64,000 nt of DNA from Eledone cirrhosa (taxonomy: Eukaryota), in NCBI GenBank assembly GCA_964016885.1, contig OZ024745.1, positions 65,410,001 through 65,474,000 of the forward strand. The letters run 5' to 3'. Positions 1-16,204 of this stretch are shown here, in pieces. The notes under the pieces were generated by a model, which did not search any database, was not told the DNA's origin, and saw nothing but the letters and a program-made list of their open reading frames with translations. The translations under genes were made by a program, and so were the position numbers. Positions within the stretch are counted from its first letter, which is position 1. Every line of letters starts with the position of its first letter.

Positions 1-3000
1 CCATTTTTATTTGGAGATCCATTTTGTATTTGGGTGATCCATTTTTTAATTGGGTGATCCATTTTTTATTTGGGTGATCCATTTTTTATTTGGGTGGTCC
101 ATTTTTTATTTGGGTGATCCATTTTTTATTTGGGGGATCCATTTTTTATTTGGGTGATCCATTTTTTATTTGGGGATCCATTTTTTATTTGGGTGATCCA
201 TTTTTTATTTGGGTGATCCATTTTTTATTTGGGGGATCCATTTTTTATTTGGGTGATCCATTTTTTATTTGGGGGGGTCCATTTTTTATTTGGGGGATCC
301 ATTTTTATTTGGGTGATCCATTTTTTATTTGGGGGATCCATTTTTTATTTGGGGGATCCATTTTTTATTTGGGGGATCCATTTTTTATTTGGGTGATCCA
401 TTTTTTATTTGGGGGATCCATTTTTTATTTGGGGGATTCATTTTTTATTTGGGTGATCCATTTTTTATTAGGGGGATCCATTTTTTATTTGGGTGATCCA
501 TTTTTATTTGGAGATCCATTTTTTATTTAGGTGATCCATTTTATAATTGGGTGATCCATTTTTTATTTGGGGGATCCATTTTTTATTTGGGGGATCCATT
601 ATTTATTTGGGTGATCCATTTTTTATTTGGGTGATCCATTTTTTATTTGGGTGATCCATTTTTTATTTGGGTGATCCATTTTTTATTTGGGGGATCCATT
701 TTTTATTTGGGTGATCCATTTTTTATTTGGGGGATCCATTTTTTATTTGGGTGATCCATTTTTTATTTGGGTGATCCATTTTTTATTTGGGGGATCCATT
801 TTTTATTTGGGTGATCCATTTTTTATTTGGGTGATCCATTTTTTATTTGGGTGATCCATTTTTTATTTGGGGGATCCATTTTTTATTTGGGGGATCCATT
901 TTTTATTTGGGTGATCCTTTTTTATTTGGAGATCCATTTTGTATTTGGGTGATCCATTTTTTAATTGGGTGATCCATTTTTTATTTGGGTGATCCATTTT
1001 TTATTTGGGGGATCCATTTTTTATTTGGGTGATCCATTTTTTATTTGGGTGGTCCATTTTTTATTTGGGTGATCCATTTTTTATTTGGGGGATCCATTTT
1101 TTATTTGGGTGATCCATTTTTTATTTGGGGATCCATTTTTTATTTGGGTGATCCATTTTTTATTTGGGTGATCCATTTTTTATTTGGGGGATACATTTTT
1201 TATTTGGGTGATCCATTTTTTATTTGGGGGGTCCATTTTTTATTTGGGGGATCCATTTTTATTTGGGTGATCCATTTTTTATTTGGGGGATCCATTTTTT
1301 ATTTGGGTGATCCCTTTTTTATTTGGGGGATCCATTTTTTATTTGGGTGATCCATTTTTTATTTGGGGGATCCATTTTTTATTTGGGGGATTCATTTTTT
1401 ATTTGGGTGATCCATTTTTTATTAGGGGGATCCATTTTTTATTTGGGTGATCCATTTTTATTTGGAGATCCATTTTTTATTTAGGTGATCCATTTTATAA
1501 TTGGGTGATCCATTTTTTATTTGGGGGATCCATTTTTTATTTGGAGGATCCATTATTTATTTGGGTGATCCATTTTTTATTTGGGTGATCCATTTTTTAT
1601 TTGGGTGATCCATTTTTTATTTGGGTTGATCCCTTTTTTATTTGGGGGATCCATTTTTTATTTGGGTGATCCATTTTTTATTTTGGGGATCCATTTTTTA
1701 TTTGGGTGATCCATTTTTTATTTGGGTGATCCATTTTTTATTTGGGGGATCCATTTTTTATTTGGGTGATCCATTTTTTATTTGGGTGATCCATTTTTTA
1801 TTTGAGGGACCCATTTTATATTTGGGTGATCCATTTTTTATTTGGGTGATCCATTTTTTATTTGGGGGATTCATTTTTTATTTGGGGGATCCATTTTTTA
1901 TTTGGGGGATCCATTTTTTATTTGGGGGATCCATTTTTTATTTCGGGGATCCATTTTTTATTTGGGTGATTCATTTTTTATTTGGGGGATCCATTTTTTA
2001 TTTGGGTGATCCATTTTTTTTATTTGGGGGTCCATTTTTTATTTGGGTGATCCATTTTTTATTTGGGTGATCCATTTTTTAATTGGGTGATCCATTTTTA
2101 TTTGGGTGATCCATTTTTTACTTGGGGGATCCATTTTTTATTTGGGTGATCCTTTTTTTATTTTGCTGATTCATTTTTTATTTGGGTGATCCATTTTTTA
2201 TTTGGAGGATCCATTTTTTATTTGGGTGAACCATTTTTTATTTGGGGGATCCATTTTTTAGTTGGGTGATCCATTTTTTATTTGGGTGATCCATTTTTTA
2301 TTTGGGGGATCCATGTTTTATTTGGGTGATCCATTTTTTATTTGGGTGATCCATTTTTTATTTGGGGGATCCATTTTTTATTTGGGGGATCCATTTTTTA
2401 TTTGGGTGATCCATTTTTATTTGGAGATCCATTTTGTATTTGGGTGATCCATTTTGTATTTGGGGGATCCATTTTTTAATTGGGTGATCCATTTTTTATT
2501 TGGGGGATCCATTTTTTATTTGGGGGATCCATTTTTTATTTGGGGGATCCATTGTTTATTTGGGTGATCCATTTTTTATTTGGGTGATCCATTTTTTATT
2601 TGGGGGATCCATTTTTTATTTGGGGGATCCATTTTTTATTTGGGTGATCCATTTTTTATTTGGGTGATCCATTTTTTATTTGGGGGATCCATTTTTTATT
2701 TGGGGGATCCATTTTTTATTTGGTTGATCCATTTTTTATTAGGGGGATCCATATTTTATTTGGGTGATCCATTTTAATTTGGAGATCCATTTTTTGTTTA
2801 GGTGATCCATTTTATAATTGGGTGATCCATTTTTTATTTGGGGGATCCATTTTTTATTTGGGGGATCCATTATTTATTTGGGTGATGCATTTTTTATTTG
2901 GGTGATCCATTTTTTATTTGGGTGATCCATTTTTTATTTGGGTGATCCATTTTTTATTTGGGTGATCCATTTTTTATTTGGGGGATCCATTTTTTATTTG

Positions 3001-3589
3001 GGTGATCCATTTTTTATTTGGGTGATCCATTTTTTATTTGAGGGATCCATTTTATATTTGGGTGATCCATTTTTTATATGGGTGATCCATTTTTTATTTG
3101 GGGGATCCATTTTTTATTTGGGGGATCCATTTTTTATTTGGGGGATCCATTTTTTATTTGGGGGATCCATTTTTTATTTCGGGGATCCATTTTTTATTTG
3201 GGTGATTCATTTTTTATTTGGGGGATCCATTTTTTATTTGGGTAATCCATTTTTTTTATTTGGGGGTCCATTTTTTATTTGGGTGATCCATTTTTTATTT
3301 GGATGATCCATTTTTTAATTGGGTGATCCATTTTTATTTGGGTGATCCATTTTTTACTTGGGGGATGCATTTTTTATTTGGGTGATCCATTTTTTATTTT
3401 GCTGATTCATTTTTTATTTGGGTGATCCATTTTTTATTTGGGGGATCCATTTTTTATTTGGGTGAACCATTTTTTATTTGGGAGATCCATTTTTTATTTG
3501 GGTGATCCATTTTTTATTTGGGTGATCCATTTTTTATTTGGGGGATCCATTTTTTATTTGGGTGATCCATTTTTTATTTGGGTGATCCA

Positions 3590-6500
3590 TTTTTTATTTG
3601 GGGGATCCATTTTTTATTTGGGGGATCCATTTTTTATTTGGGTGATCCATTTTTATTTGGAGATCCATTTTGTATTTGGGGGATCCATTTTTATTTGGGT
3701 GTTCCATTTTTTATTTGGGGGATCCATTTTTTATTTGGGTGATCCCTTTTTTATTTGGGGGATCCATTTTTTATTTGGGTGATCCATTTTTTATTTGGGG
3801 GATCCATTTTTTATTTGGGGGATTCATTTTTTATTTGGGTGATCCATTTTTTATTAGGGGGATCCATTTTTTATTTGGGTGATCCATTTTTATTTGGAGA
3901 TCCATTTTTTATTTAGGTGATCCATTTTATAATTGGGTGATCCATTTTTTATTTGGGGGATCCATTTTTTATTTGGAGGATCCATTATTTATTTGGGTGA
4001 TCCATTTTTTATTTGGGTGATCCATTTTTTAGTTGGGTGATCCATTTTTTATTTGGGTTGATCCCTTTTTTATTTGGGGGATCCATTTTTTATTTGGGTG
4101 ATCCATTTTTTATTTTGGGGATCCATTTTTTATTTGGGTGATCCATTTTTTATTTGGGTGATCCATTTTTTATTTGGGGGATCCATTTTTTATTTGGGTG
4201 ATCCATTTTTTATTTGGGTGATCCATTTTTTATTTGAGGGACCCATTTTATATTTGGGTGATCCATTTTTTATTTGGGTGATCCATTTTTTATTTGGGGG
4301 ATTCATTTTTTATTTGGGGGATCCATTTTTTATTTGGGGGATCCATTTTTTATTTGGGGGATCCATTTTTTATTTCGGGGATCCATTTTTTATTTGGGTG
4401 ATTCATTTTTTATTTGGGGGATCCATTTTTTATTTGGGTGATCCATTTTTTTTATTTGGGGGTCCATTTTTTATTTGGGTGATCCATTTTTTATTTGGGT
4501 GATCCATTTTTTAATTGGGTGATCCATTTTTATTTGGGTGATCCATTTTTTACTTGGGGGATCCATTTTTTATTTGGGTGATCCATTTTTTATTTTGCTG
4601 ATTCATTTTTTATTTGGGTGATCCATTTTTTATTTGGAGGATCCATTTTTTATTTGGGTGAACCATTTTTTATTTGGGGGATCCATTTTTTATTTGGGTG
4701 ATCCATTTTTTATTTGGGTGATCCATTTTTTATTTGGGGGATCCATGTTTTATTTGGGTGATCCATTTTTTATTTGGGTGATCCATTTTTTATTTGGGCG
4801 ATCCATTTTTTATTTGGGGGATCCATTTTTTATTTGAGTGATCCATTTTTATTTGGAGATCCATTTTGTATTTGGGTGATCCATTTTGTATTTGGGGGAT
4901 CCATTTTTTAATTGGGTGATCCATTTTTTATTTGGGGGATCCATTTTTTATTTGGGGGATCCATTTTTTATTTGGGGGATCCATTGTTTATTTGGGTGAT
5001 CCATTTTTTATTTGGGTGATCCATTTTTTATTTGGGGGATCCATTTTTTATTTGGGGGATCCATTTTTTATTTGGGTGATCCATTTTTTATTTGGGTGAC
5101 CCATTTTTTATTTGGGGGATCCATTTTTTATTTGGGGGATCCATTTTTTATTTGGGTGATCCATTTTTATTTGGAGATCCATTTTGTATTTGGGGGATCC
5201 ATTTTTATTTGGGTGTTCCATTTTTTATTTGGGGGATCCATTTTTTATTTGGGTGATCCCTTTTTTATTTGGGAGATCCATTTTTTATTTGGGTGATCCA
5301 TTTTTTATTTGGGGGATCCATTTTTTATTTGGGGGATTCATTTTTTATTTGGGTGATCCATTTTTTATTAGGGGGATCCATTTTTTATTTGGGTGATCCA
5401 TTTTTATTTGGAGATCCATTTTTTATTTAGGTGATCCATTTTATAATTGGGTGATCCATTTTTTATTTGGGGGATCCATTTTTTATTTGGAGGATCCATT
5501 ATTTATTTGGGTGATCCATTTTTTATTTGGGTGATCCATTTTTTAGTTGGGTGATCCATTTTTTATTTGGGTTGATCCCTTTTTTATTTGGGGGATCCAT
5601 TTTTTATTTGGGTGATCCATTTTTTATTTTGGGGATCCATTTTTTATTTGGGTGATCCATTTTTTATTTGGGTGATCCATTTTTTATTTGGGGGATCCAT
5701 TTTTTATTTGGGTGATCCATTTTTTATTTGGGTGATCCATTTTTTATTTGAGGGACCCATTTTATATTTGGGTGATCCATTTTTTATTTGGGTGATCCAT
5801 TTTTTATTTGGGGGATTCATTTTTTATTTGGGGGATCCATTTTTTATTTGGGGGATCCATTTTTTATTTGGGGGATCCATTTTTTATTTCGGGGATCCAT
5901 TTTTTATTTGGGTGATTCATTTTTTATTTGGGGGATCCATTTTTTATTTGGGTGATCCATTTTTTTTATTTGGGGGTCCATTTTTTATTTGGGTGATCCA
6001 TTTTTTATTTGGGTGATCCATTTTTTAATTGGGTGATCCATTTTTATTTGGGTGATCCATTTTTTACTTGGGGGATCCATTTTTTATTTGGGTGATCCAT
6101 TTTTTATTTTGCTGATTCATTTTTTATTTGGGTGATCCATTTTTTATTTGGAGGATCCATTTTTTATTTGGGTGAACCATTTTTTATTTGGGGGATCCAT
6201 TTTTTATTTGGGTGATCCATTTTTTATTTGGGTGATCCATTTTTTATTTGGGGGATCCATGTTTTATTTGGGTGATCCATTTTTTATTTGGGTGATCCAT
6301 TTTTTATTTGGGCGATCCATTTTTTATTTGGGGGATCCATTTTTTATTTGAGTGATCCATTTTTATTTGGAGATCCATTTTGTATTTGGGTGATCCATTT
6401 TGTATTTGGGGGATCCATTTTTTAATTGGGTGATCCATTTTTTATTTGGGGGATCCATTTTTTATTTGGGGGATCCATTTTTTATTTGGGGGATCCATTG

Positions 6501-6660
6501 TTTATTTGGGTGATCCATTTTTTATTTGGGTGATCCATTTTTTATTTGGGGGATCCATTTTTTATTTGGGGGATCCATTTTTTATTTGGGTGATCCATTT
6601 TTTATTTGGGTGACCCATTTTTTATTTGGGGGATCCATTTTTTATTTGGGGGATCCATTT
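3590..6660 (+). repeat. Tandem segmental duplication, 1514-bp unit, 2 copies
   Basis: ORF pairs 3670/5184, 4074/5588, 4634/6148 and 5012/6526 are all offset by 1514. Shared rare variants: GTGTTCC (~3700/5214), GGGCGATCC (~4797/6311), GTGACCC (5100/6614). Confidence 0.9.
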
Positions 6661-9600
6661 TTTATTTGGTTGATCCATTTTTTATTAGGGGGATCCATAT
6701 TTTTTTGGGTGATCCATTTTAATTTGGAGATCCATTTTTTGTTTAGGTGATCCATTTTATAATTGGGTGATCCATTTTTTATTTGGGGGATCCATTTTTT
6801 ATTTGGGGGATCCATTATTTATTTGGGTGATGCATTTTTTATTTGGGTGATCCATTTTTTATTTGGGTGATCCATTTTTTATTTGGGTGATCCATTTTTT
6901 ATTTGGGTGATCCATTTTTTATTTGGGGGATCCATTTTTATTTGGGTGATCCATTTTTTATTTGGGTGATCCATTTTTTATTTGAGGGATCCATTTTATA
7001 TTTGGGTGATCCATTTTTTATATGGGTGATCCATTTTTTATTTGGGGGATCCATTTTTTATTTGGGGGATCCATTTTTTATTTGGGGGATCCATTTTTTA
7101 TTTGGGGAATCCATTTTTTATTTCGGGGATCCATTTTTTATTTGGGTGATTCATTTTTTATTTGGGGGATCCATTTTTTATTTGGGTAATCCATTTTTTT
7201 TATTTGGGGGTCCATTTTTTATTTGGGTGATCCATTTTTTATTTGGATGATCCATTTTTTAATTGGGTGATCCATTTTTATTTGGGTGATCCATTTTTTA
7301 CTTGGGGGATGCATTTTTTATTTGGGTGATCCATTTTTTATTTTGCTGATTCATTTTTTATTTGGGTGATCCATTTTTTATTTGGGGGATCCATTTTTTA
7401 TTTGGGTGAACCATTTTTTATTTGGGAGATCCATTTTTTATTTGGGTGATCCATTTTTTATTTGGGTGATCCATTTTTTATTTGGGGGATCCATTTTTTA
7501 TTTGGGTGATCCATTTTTTATTTGGGTGATCCATTTTTTATTTGGGGGATCCATTTTTTATTTGGGGGATCCATTTTTTATTTGGGTGATCCATTTTTAT
7601 TTGGAGATCCATTTTGTATTTGGGTGATCCATTTTTTAATTGGGTGATCCATTTTTTATTTGGGTGATCCATTTTTTATTTGGGTGGTCCATTTTTTATT
7701 TGGGTGATCCATTTTTTATTTGGGGGATCCATTTTTTATTTGGGTGATCCATTTTTTATTTGGGGATCCATTTTTTATTTGGGTGATCCATTTTTTATTT
7801 GGGTGATCCATTTTTTATTTGGGGGATCCATTTTTTATTTGGGTGATCCATTTTTTATTTGGGGGGGTCCATTTTTTATTTGGGGGATCCATTTTTATTT
7901 GGGTGATCCATTTTTTATTTGGGGGATCCATTTTTTATTTGGGTGATCCCTTTTTTATTTGGGGGATCCATTTTTTATTTGGGTGATCCATTTTTTATTT
8001 GGGGGATCCATTTTTTATTTGGGGGATTCATTTTTTATTTGGGTGATCCATTTTTTATTAGGGGGATCCATTTTTTATTTGGGTGATCCATTTTTATTTG
8101 GAGATCCATTTTTTATTTAGGTGATCCATTTTATAATTGGGTGATCCATTTTTTATTTGGGGGATCCATTTTTTATTTGGGGGATCCATTATTTATTTGG
8201 GTGATCCATTTTTTATTTGGGTGATCCATTTTTTATTTGGGTGATCCATTTTTTATTTGGGTGATCTATTTTTTATTTGGGTGATCCATTTTTTATTTGG
8301 GGGATCCATTTTTTATTTGGGTGATCCATTTTTTATTTGGGGGATCCATTTTTTATTTGGGTGATCCATTTTTTATTTGGGGGATCCATTTTTTATTTCG
8401 GGGATCCATTTTTTATTTGGGTGATTCATTTTTTATTTGGGGGATCCATTTTTTATTTTGGGTGATCCATTTTTTATTAGGGGGATCCATTTTTTATTTG
8501 GGTGATCCATTTTTATTTGTAGATCCATTTTTTATTTGGGTGATCCATTTTTTAATTGGAAGATCCATTTTTTATTTGGGGGATCCATTTTTTATTTGGG
8601 GGATCCATTATTTATTTGGGTGATCCATTTTTTATTTGGGTGATCCATTTTTTATTCGGGGGATCCATTTTTTATTTGGGTGATCCATTTTTTATTTGGG
8701 TGATCCATTTTTTAATTGGGGATCCATTTTTTATTTAGTTGATCCATTTTTTAATTGGGTGATACATTTTTTATTTGGGGGATCCATTTTTTATTTGGGG
8801 GATCCATTTTTTATTTGGGGGATCCATTGTTTATTTGGGTGATCCATTTTTTATTTGGGTGATCCATTTTTTATTTGGGGGATCCATTTTGTATTTGGGT
8901 GATCCATTTTTTATTTGGGTGATCCATTTTTTATTTGGGTGATCCATTTTTTATTTGTGGGATCCATTTTTTATTTGGGTGATCCATTTTTTATTTGGGG
9001 GATCCTTTTTTTATTTGGGTGATCCATTTTTTATTTGGGTGATCCATTTTTTATTTGGGGGATCCATTTTTTATTTGGGTGATCCATATTTTATTTGGGT
9101 GATCCATTTTTTATTTGGGGGATCCATTTTTTATTTGGGTGATCCATTTTTTATTTGGGGGATCCATTTTTTATTTGGGGGATCCATTTTTTATTTGGGT
9201 GATCCATTTTTTATATGGGTGATCCATTTTTTATTTGGGGGGATCCATTTTTAATTTGGGTGATCCATTTTTTATTTGGGGGATCCATTTTTTATTTGGG
9301 TGATCCATATTTTATTTGGGGGATTCATTTTTTATTTGGGTGATCCATTTTTTATTTGGGTGATCCATTTTTTAATTGGGTGATCCATTTTTTATTTGGG
9401 GGATCCATTGTTTATTTGGGTGATCCATTTTTTATTTGGGTGATCCATTTTTTATTTGGGGGATCCATTTTTTATTTGGGGGATCCATTTTTTATTTGGG
9501 TGATCCATTTTTTATTTGGGTGATCCATTTTTTATTTGGGGGATCCATTTTTTATTTGGGGGATCCATTTTTTATTTGGTTGATCCATTTTTTATTAGGG

Positions 9601-12600
9601 GGATCCATATTTTTTTGGGTGATCCATTTTAATTTGGAGATCCATTTTTTGTTTAGGTGATCCATTTTATAATTGGGTGATCCATTTTTTATTTGGGGGA
9701 TCCATTTTTTATTTGGGGGATCCATTATTTATTTGGGTGATGCATTTTTTATTTGGGTGATCCATTTTTTATTTGGGTGATCCATTTTTTATTTGGGTGA
9801 TCCATTTTTTATTTGGGTGATCCATTTTTTATTTGGGGGATCCATTTTTTATTTGGGTGATCCATTTTTTATTTGGGTGATCCATTTTTTATTTGAGGGA
9901 TCCATTTTATATTTGGGTGATCCATTTTTTATATGGGTGATCCATTTTTTATTTGGGGGATCCATTTTTTATTTGGGGGATCCATTTTTTATTTTGGGGA
10001 TCCATTTTCTATTTGGGGGATCCATTTTTTATTTCGGGGATCCATTTTTTATTTGGGTGATTCATTTTTTATTTGGGGGATCCATTTTTTATTTGGGTAA
10101 TCCATTTTTTTTATTTGGGGGTCCATTTTTTATTTGGGTGATCCATTTTTTATTTGGATGATCCATTTTTTAATTGGGTGATCCATTTTTATTTGGGTGA
10201 TCCATTTTTTACTTGGGGGATGCATTTTTTATTTGGGTGATCCATTTTTTATTTTGCTGATTCATTTTTTATTTGGGTGATCCATTTTTTATTTGGGGGA
10301 TCCATTTTTTATTTGGGTGAACCATTTTTTATTTGGGAGATCCATTTTTTATTTGGGTGATCCATTTTTTATTTGGGTGATCCATTTTTTATTTGGGGGA
10401 TCCATTTTTTATTTGGGTGATCCATTTTTTATTTGGGTGATCCATTTTTTATTTGGGGGATCCATTTTTTATTTGGGGGATCCATTTTTTATTTGGGTGA
10501 TCCATTTTTTATTTGGGTGATCCATTTTTTATTTGAGGGATCCATTTTATATTTGGGTGATCCATTTTTTATTTGGGGGATCCATTATTTATTTGGGTGA
10601 TCCATTTTTTATTTGGGTGATCCATTTTTTATTTGGGGGATCCATTTTTTATTTGGGTGATCCATTTTTTATTTGGGTGATCCATTTTTTATTTGGGGGA
10701 TCCATTTTTTATTTGGGGGATCCATTTTTTATTTGGGTGATCCATTTTTATTTGGAGATCCATTTTTTATTTGGGGGGGTCCATTTTTTAATTGGGTGAT
10801 CCATTTTTTATTTGGGTGATCCATTTTTTATTTGGGGGATCCATTTTTTATTTGGGTGATCCATTTTTTATTTGGGTGGTCCATTTTTTATTTGGGTGAT
10901 CCATTTTTTATTTGGGGGATCCATTTTTTATTTGGGTGATCCATTTTTTATTTGGGGATCCATTTTTTATTTGGGTGATCCATTTTTTATTTGGGTGATC
11001 CATTTTTTATTTGGGGGATACATTTTTTATTTGGGTGATCCATTTTTTATTTGGGGGTCCATTTTTTATTTGGGGGATCCATTTTTATTTGGGTGATCCA
11101 TTTTTTATTTGGGGGATCCATTTTTTATTTAGGTGATCCCTTTTTTATTTCGGGGATCCATTTTTTATTTGGGTGATCCATTTTTTATTTGGGGGATCCA
11201 TTTTTTATTTGGGGGATTCATTTTTTGTTTGGGTGATCCATTTTTTATTAGGGGGATTCATTTTTTATTTGGGTGATCCATTTTTATTTGGAGATCCATT
11301 TTTTATTTAGGTGATCCATTTTATAATTGGGTGATCCATTTTTTATTTGGGGGATCCATTTTTTATTTGGAGGATCCATTATTTATTTGGGTGATCCATT
11401 TTTTATTTGGGTGATCCATTTTTTATTTGGGTGATCCATTTTTTATTTGGGTTGATCCCTTTTTTATTTGGGGGATCCATTTTTTATTTGGGTGATCCAT
11501 TTTTTATTTTAGGGATCCATTTTTTATTTGGGTGATCCATTTTTTATTTGGGTGATCCATTTTTTATTTGGGGGATCCATTTTTTATTTGGGTGATCCAT
11601 TTTTTATTTGGGTGATCCATTTTTTATTTGAGGGACTCATTTTATATTTGGGTGATCCATTTTTTATTTGGGTGATCCATTTTTTATTTGGGGGATCCAT
11701 TTTTTATTTGGGGGATCCATTTTTTATTTGGGGGATCCATTTTTTATTTGGGGGATCCATTTTTTATTTCGGGGATCCATTTTCTATTTGGGTGATTCAT
11801 TTTTTATTTGGGGGATCCATTTTTTATTTGGGTGATCCATTTTTTTTATTTGGGGGTCCATTTTTTATTTGGGTGATCCATTTTTTATTTGGGTGATCCA
11901 TTTTTTAATTGGGTGATCCATTTTTATTTGGGTGATCCATTTTTTACTTGGGGGATCCATTTTTTATTTGGGTGATCCATTTTTTATTTTGCTGATTCAT
12001 TTTTTATTTGGGTGATCCATTTTTTATTTGGGGGATCCATTTTTTATTTGGGTGAACCATTTTTTATTTGGGGGATCCATTTTTTATTTGGGTGATCCAT
12101 TTTTTATTTGGGTGATCCATTTTTTATTTGGGGGATCCATTTTTTATTTGGGTGATCCATTTTTTATTTGGGTGATCCATTTTTTATTTGGGGGATCCAT
12201 TTTTTATTTGGGGGATCCATTTTTTATTTGGGTGATCCATTTTTATTTGGAGATCCATTTTGTATTTGGGTGATCCATTTTGTATTTGGGGGATCCATTT
12301 TTTAATTGGGTGATCCATTTTTTATTTGGGGGATCCATTTTTTATTTGGGGGATCCATTTTTTATTTGGGGGATCCATTGTTTATTTGGGTGATCCATTT
12401 TTTATTTGGGTGATCCATTTTTTATTTGGGGGATCCATTTTTTATTTGGGTGATCCATTTTTTATTTGGGGGATCCATTTTTTATTTGGGTGATCCATTT
12501 TTTATTTGGGGATCCATTTTTTATTTGGGTGATCCATTTTTTATTTGAGGGATCCATTTTTTATTTGGGTGATTCATTTTTTATTTGGGGGGTCCATTTT

Positions 12601-15600
12601 TTATTTGGGGGATCCATTTTTATTTGGGTGATCCATTTTTTATTTGGGGGATCCATTTTTTATTTGGGTGATCCATTTTTTATTTGGGTTGATCCCTTTT
12701 CTATTTGGGGGATCCATTTTTTATTTGGGTGATCCATTTTTTATTTGGAGGATCCACTTTTTATTTGGGTGATCCATTTTTTATTTGAGGGATCCATTTT
12801 ATATTTGGGTGATCCATTTTTTATTTGGGGGATCCATTATTTATTTGGGTGATCCATTTTTTATTTGGGTGATCCATTTTTTATTTGGATGATCGATTTT
12901 TTATTTGGGTGATCCATTTTTTATTTGGGTGATCCATTTTTTATTTGGGGGATCCATTTTTTATTTGGGTGATCCATTTTTTATTTGGGTGATCCATTTT
13001 TTATTTGAGGGATCCATTTTATATTTGGGTGATCCATTTTTTATTTGGGTGATCCATTTTTTATTTGGGGGATCCATTTTTTATTTGGGGGATCCATTTT
13101 TTATTTGGGGGATCCATTTTTTATTTGGGGGATCCATTTTTTATTTCGGGGATCCATTTTTTATTTGGGTGATTCATTTTTTATTGGGGGATCCATTTTT
13201 TATTTGGGTGATCCATTTTTATTTGGAGATCCATTTTGTATTTGGGTGATCCATTTTTTAATTGGGTGATCCATTTTTTATTTGGGTGATCCATTTTTTA
13301 TTTGGGGGATCCATTTTTTATTTGGGTGATCCATTTTTTATTTGGGTGGTCCATTTTTTATTTGAGTGATCCATTTTTTATTTGGGGGATCCATTTTTTA
13401 TTTGGGTGATCCATTTTTTATTTGGGGATCCATTTTTTATTTGGGTGATCCATTTTTTATTTGGGTGATCCATTTTTTATTTGGGGGATACATTTTTTAT
13501 TTGGGTGATCCATTTTTTATTTGGGGGGTCCATTTTTTATTTGGGGGATCCATTTTTATTTGGGTGATCCATTTTTTATTTGGGGGATCCATTTTTTATT
13601 TGGGTGATCCCTTTTTTATTTGGGGGATCCATTTTTTATTTGGGTGATCCATTTTTTATTTGGGGATCCATTTTTTATTTGGGGGATTCATTTTTTATTT
13701 GGGTGATCCATTTTTTATTAGGGGGATCCATTTTTTATTTGGGTGATCCATTTTTATTTGGAGATCCATTTTTTATTTAGGTGATCCATTTTATAATTGG
13801 GTGATCCATTTTTTATTTGGGGGATCCATTTTTTATTTGGGTGATCCATTTTTTATTTGGGGGATCCATTTTTTATTTGGGTGATCCATTTTTTATTTGG
13901 GTGATCCATTTTTTATTTGGGGGATCCATTTTTTATTTGGGTGATCCATTTTTTATTTGGGGGATCCATTTTTTATTTGGGGGATCCATTTTTTATTTGG
14001 GTGATCCATTTTTTATATGGGTGATCCATTTTTTATTTGGGGGGATCCATTTTTAATTTGGGTGATCCATTTTTTATTTGTGGGATCCATTTTTTATTTG
14101 GGTGATCCATTTTTTATTTGGGGGATCCATTTTTTATTTGGGTGATCCATTTTTTATTTGGGTGATCCATTTTTTAATTGGGTGATCCATTTTTTATTTA
14201 GGGGATCCATTTTTTATTTGGGTGATCCATTTTTTAGTTGGGTGGTCCATTTTTTATTTGGGTGATCCATTTTTTATTTGGGGGAACCATTTTTTATTTG
14301 GGTGATCCATTTTTTATTTGGGGATGCATTTTTTATTTGGGTGATCCATTTTTTATTTGGGTGATCCATTTTTTATTTGGGGGGATCCATTTTTTATTTG
14401 GGTGATCCATTTTTTATTTGGGGGATCCATTTTTTATTTGGGTGATCCATTTTTTATTTGGGGGATCCATTTTTTATTTGGGTGATCCATTTTTTATTTG
14501 GGTGATCCATTTTTTAATTGGGTGATCCATTTTTTATTTGGGGGATCCATTTTTTATTTGGGTGATCCATTTTTTAGTTGGGTGGTCCATTTTTTATTTG
14601 GGTGATCCATTTTTTATTTGGGGGATCCATTTTTTATTTGGGTGATCCTTTTTTTATTTGGGGATCCATTTTTTATTTGGGTGATCCATTTTTTATTTGG
14701 GTGATCCATTTTTTATTTGGGGGATCCATTTTTTATTTGGGTGATTCATTTTTTATTTGGGGGGTCCATTTTTTATTTGGGGGATCCATTTTTTATTTGG
14801 GTGATCCATTTTTTATTTGGGTTGATCCCTTTTTTATTTGGGGGATCCATTTTTTATTTGGGTGATCCATTTTTTATTTGGAGGATCCACTTTTTATTTG
14901 GGTGATCCATTTTTTATTTGAGGGATCCATTTTATATTTGGGTGATCCATTTTTTATTTGGGGGATCCATTATTTATTTGGGTGATCCATTTTTTATTTG
15001 GGTGATCCATTTTTTATTTGGGTGATCCATTTTTTATTTGGGTGATCGATTTTTTATTTGGGTGATCCATTTTTTATTTGGGGGATCCATTTTTTATTTG
15101 GGTGATCCATTTTTTATTTGGGGATCCATTTTTTATTTGGGTGATCCATTTTTTATTTGGATGATCCATTTTTTATTTGGGGGATACATTTTTTATTTGG
15201 GTGATCCATTTTTTATTTGGGGGGGTCCATTTTTTATTTGGGGGATCCATTTTTATTTGGGTGATCCATTTTTTATTTGGTGGATCCATTTTTTATTTGG
15301 GTGATCCCTTTTTTATTTGGGGGATCCATTTTTTATTTGGGTGATCCATTTTTTATTTGGGGGATCCATTTTTTATTTGGGGGATTCATTTTTTATTTGG
15401 GTGATCCATTTTTTATTAGGGGGATCCATTTTTTATTTGGGTGATCCATTTTTATTTGGAGATCCATTTTTTATTTAGGTGATCCATTTTATAATTGGGT
15501 GATCCATTTTTTATTTGGGGGATCCATTTTTTATTTGGGGGATCCATTATTTATTTGGGTGATCCATTTTTTATTTGGGTGATCCATTTTTTATTTGGGT

Positions 15601-16204
15601 GATCCATTTTTTATTTGGGTGATCCATTTTTTATTTGGGGGATCCATTTTTTATTTGGGTGATCCATTTTTTATTTGGGGGATCCATTTTTTATTTGGGT
15701 GATCCATTTTTTATTTGGGGGATCCATTTTTTATTTCGGGGATCCATTTTTTATTTGGGTGATTCATTTTTTATTTGGGGGATCCATTTTTTATTTTGGG
15801 TGATCCATTTTTTATTAGGGGGATCCATTTTTTATTTGGGTGATCCATTTTTATTTGTAGATCCATTTTTTATTTGGGTGATCCATTTTTTAATTGGATG
15901 ATCCATTTTTTATTTGGGGGATCCATTTTTTATTTGGGGGATCCATTATTTATTTGGGTGATCCATTTTTTATTTGGGTGATCCATTTTTTATTCGGGGG
16001 ATCCATTTTTTATTTGGGTGATCCATTTTTTATTTGGGTGATCCATTTTTTAATTGGGGATCCATTTTTTATTTAGTTGATCCATTTTTTAATTGGGTGA
16101 TGCATTTTTTATTTGGGGGATCCATTTTTTATTTGGGGGATCCATTTTTTATTTGGGGGATCCATTGTTTATTTGGGTGATCCATTTTTTATTTGGGTGA
16201 TCCA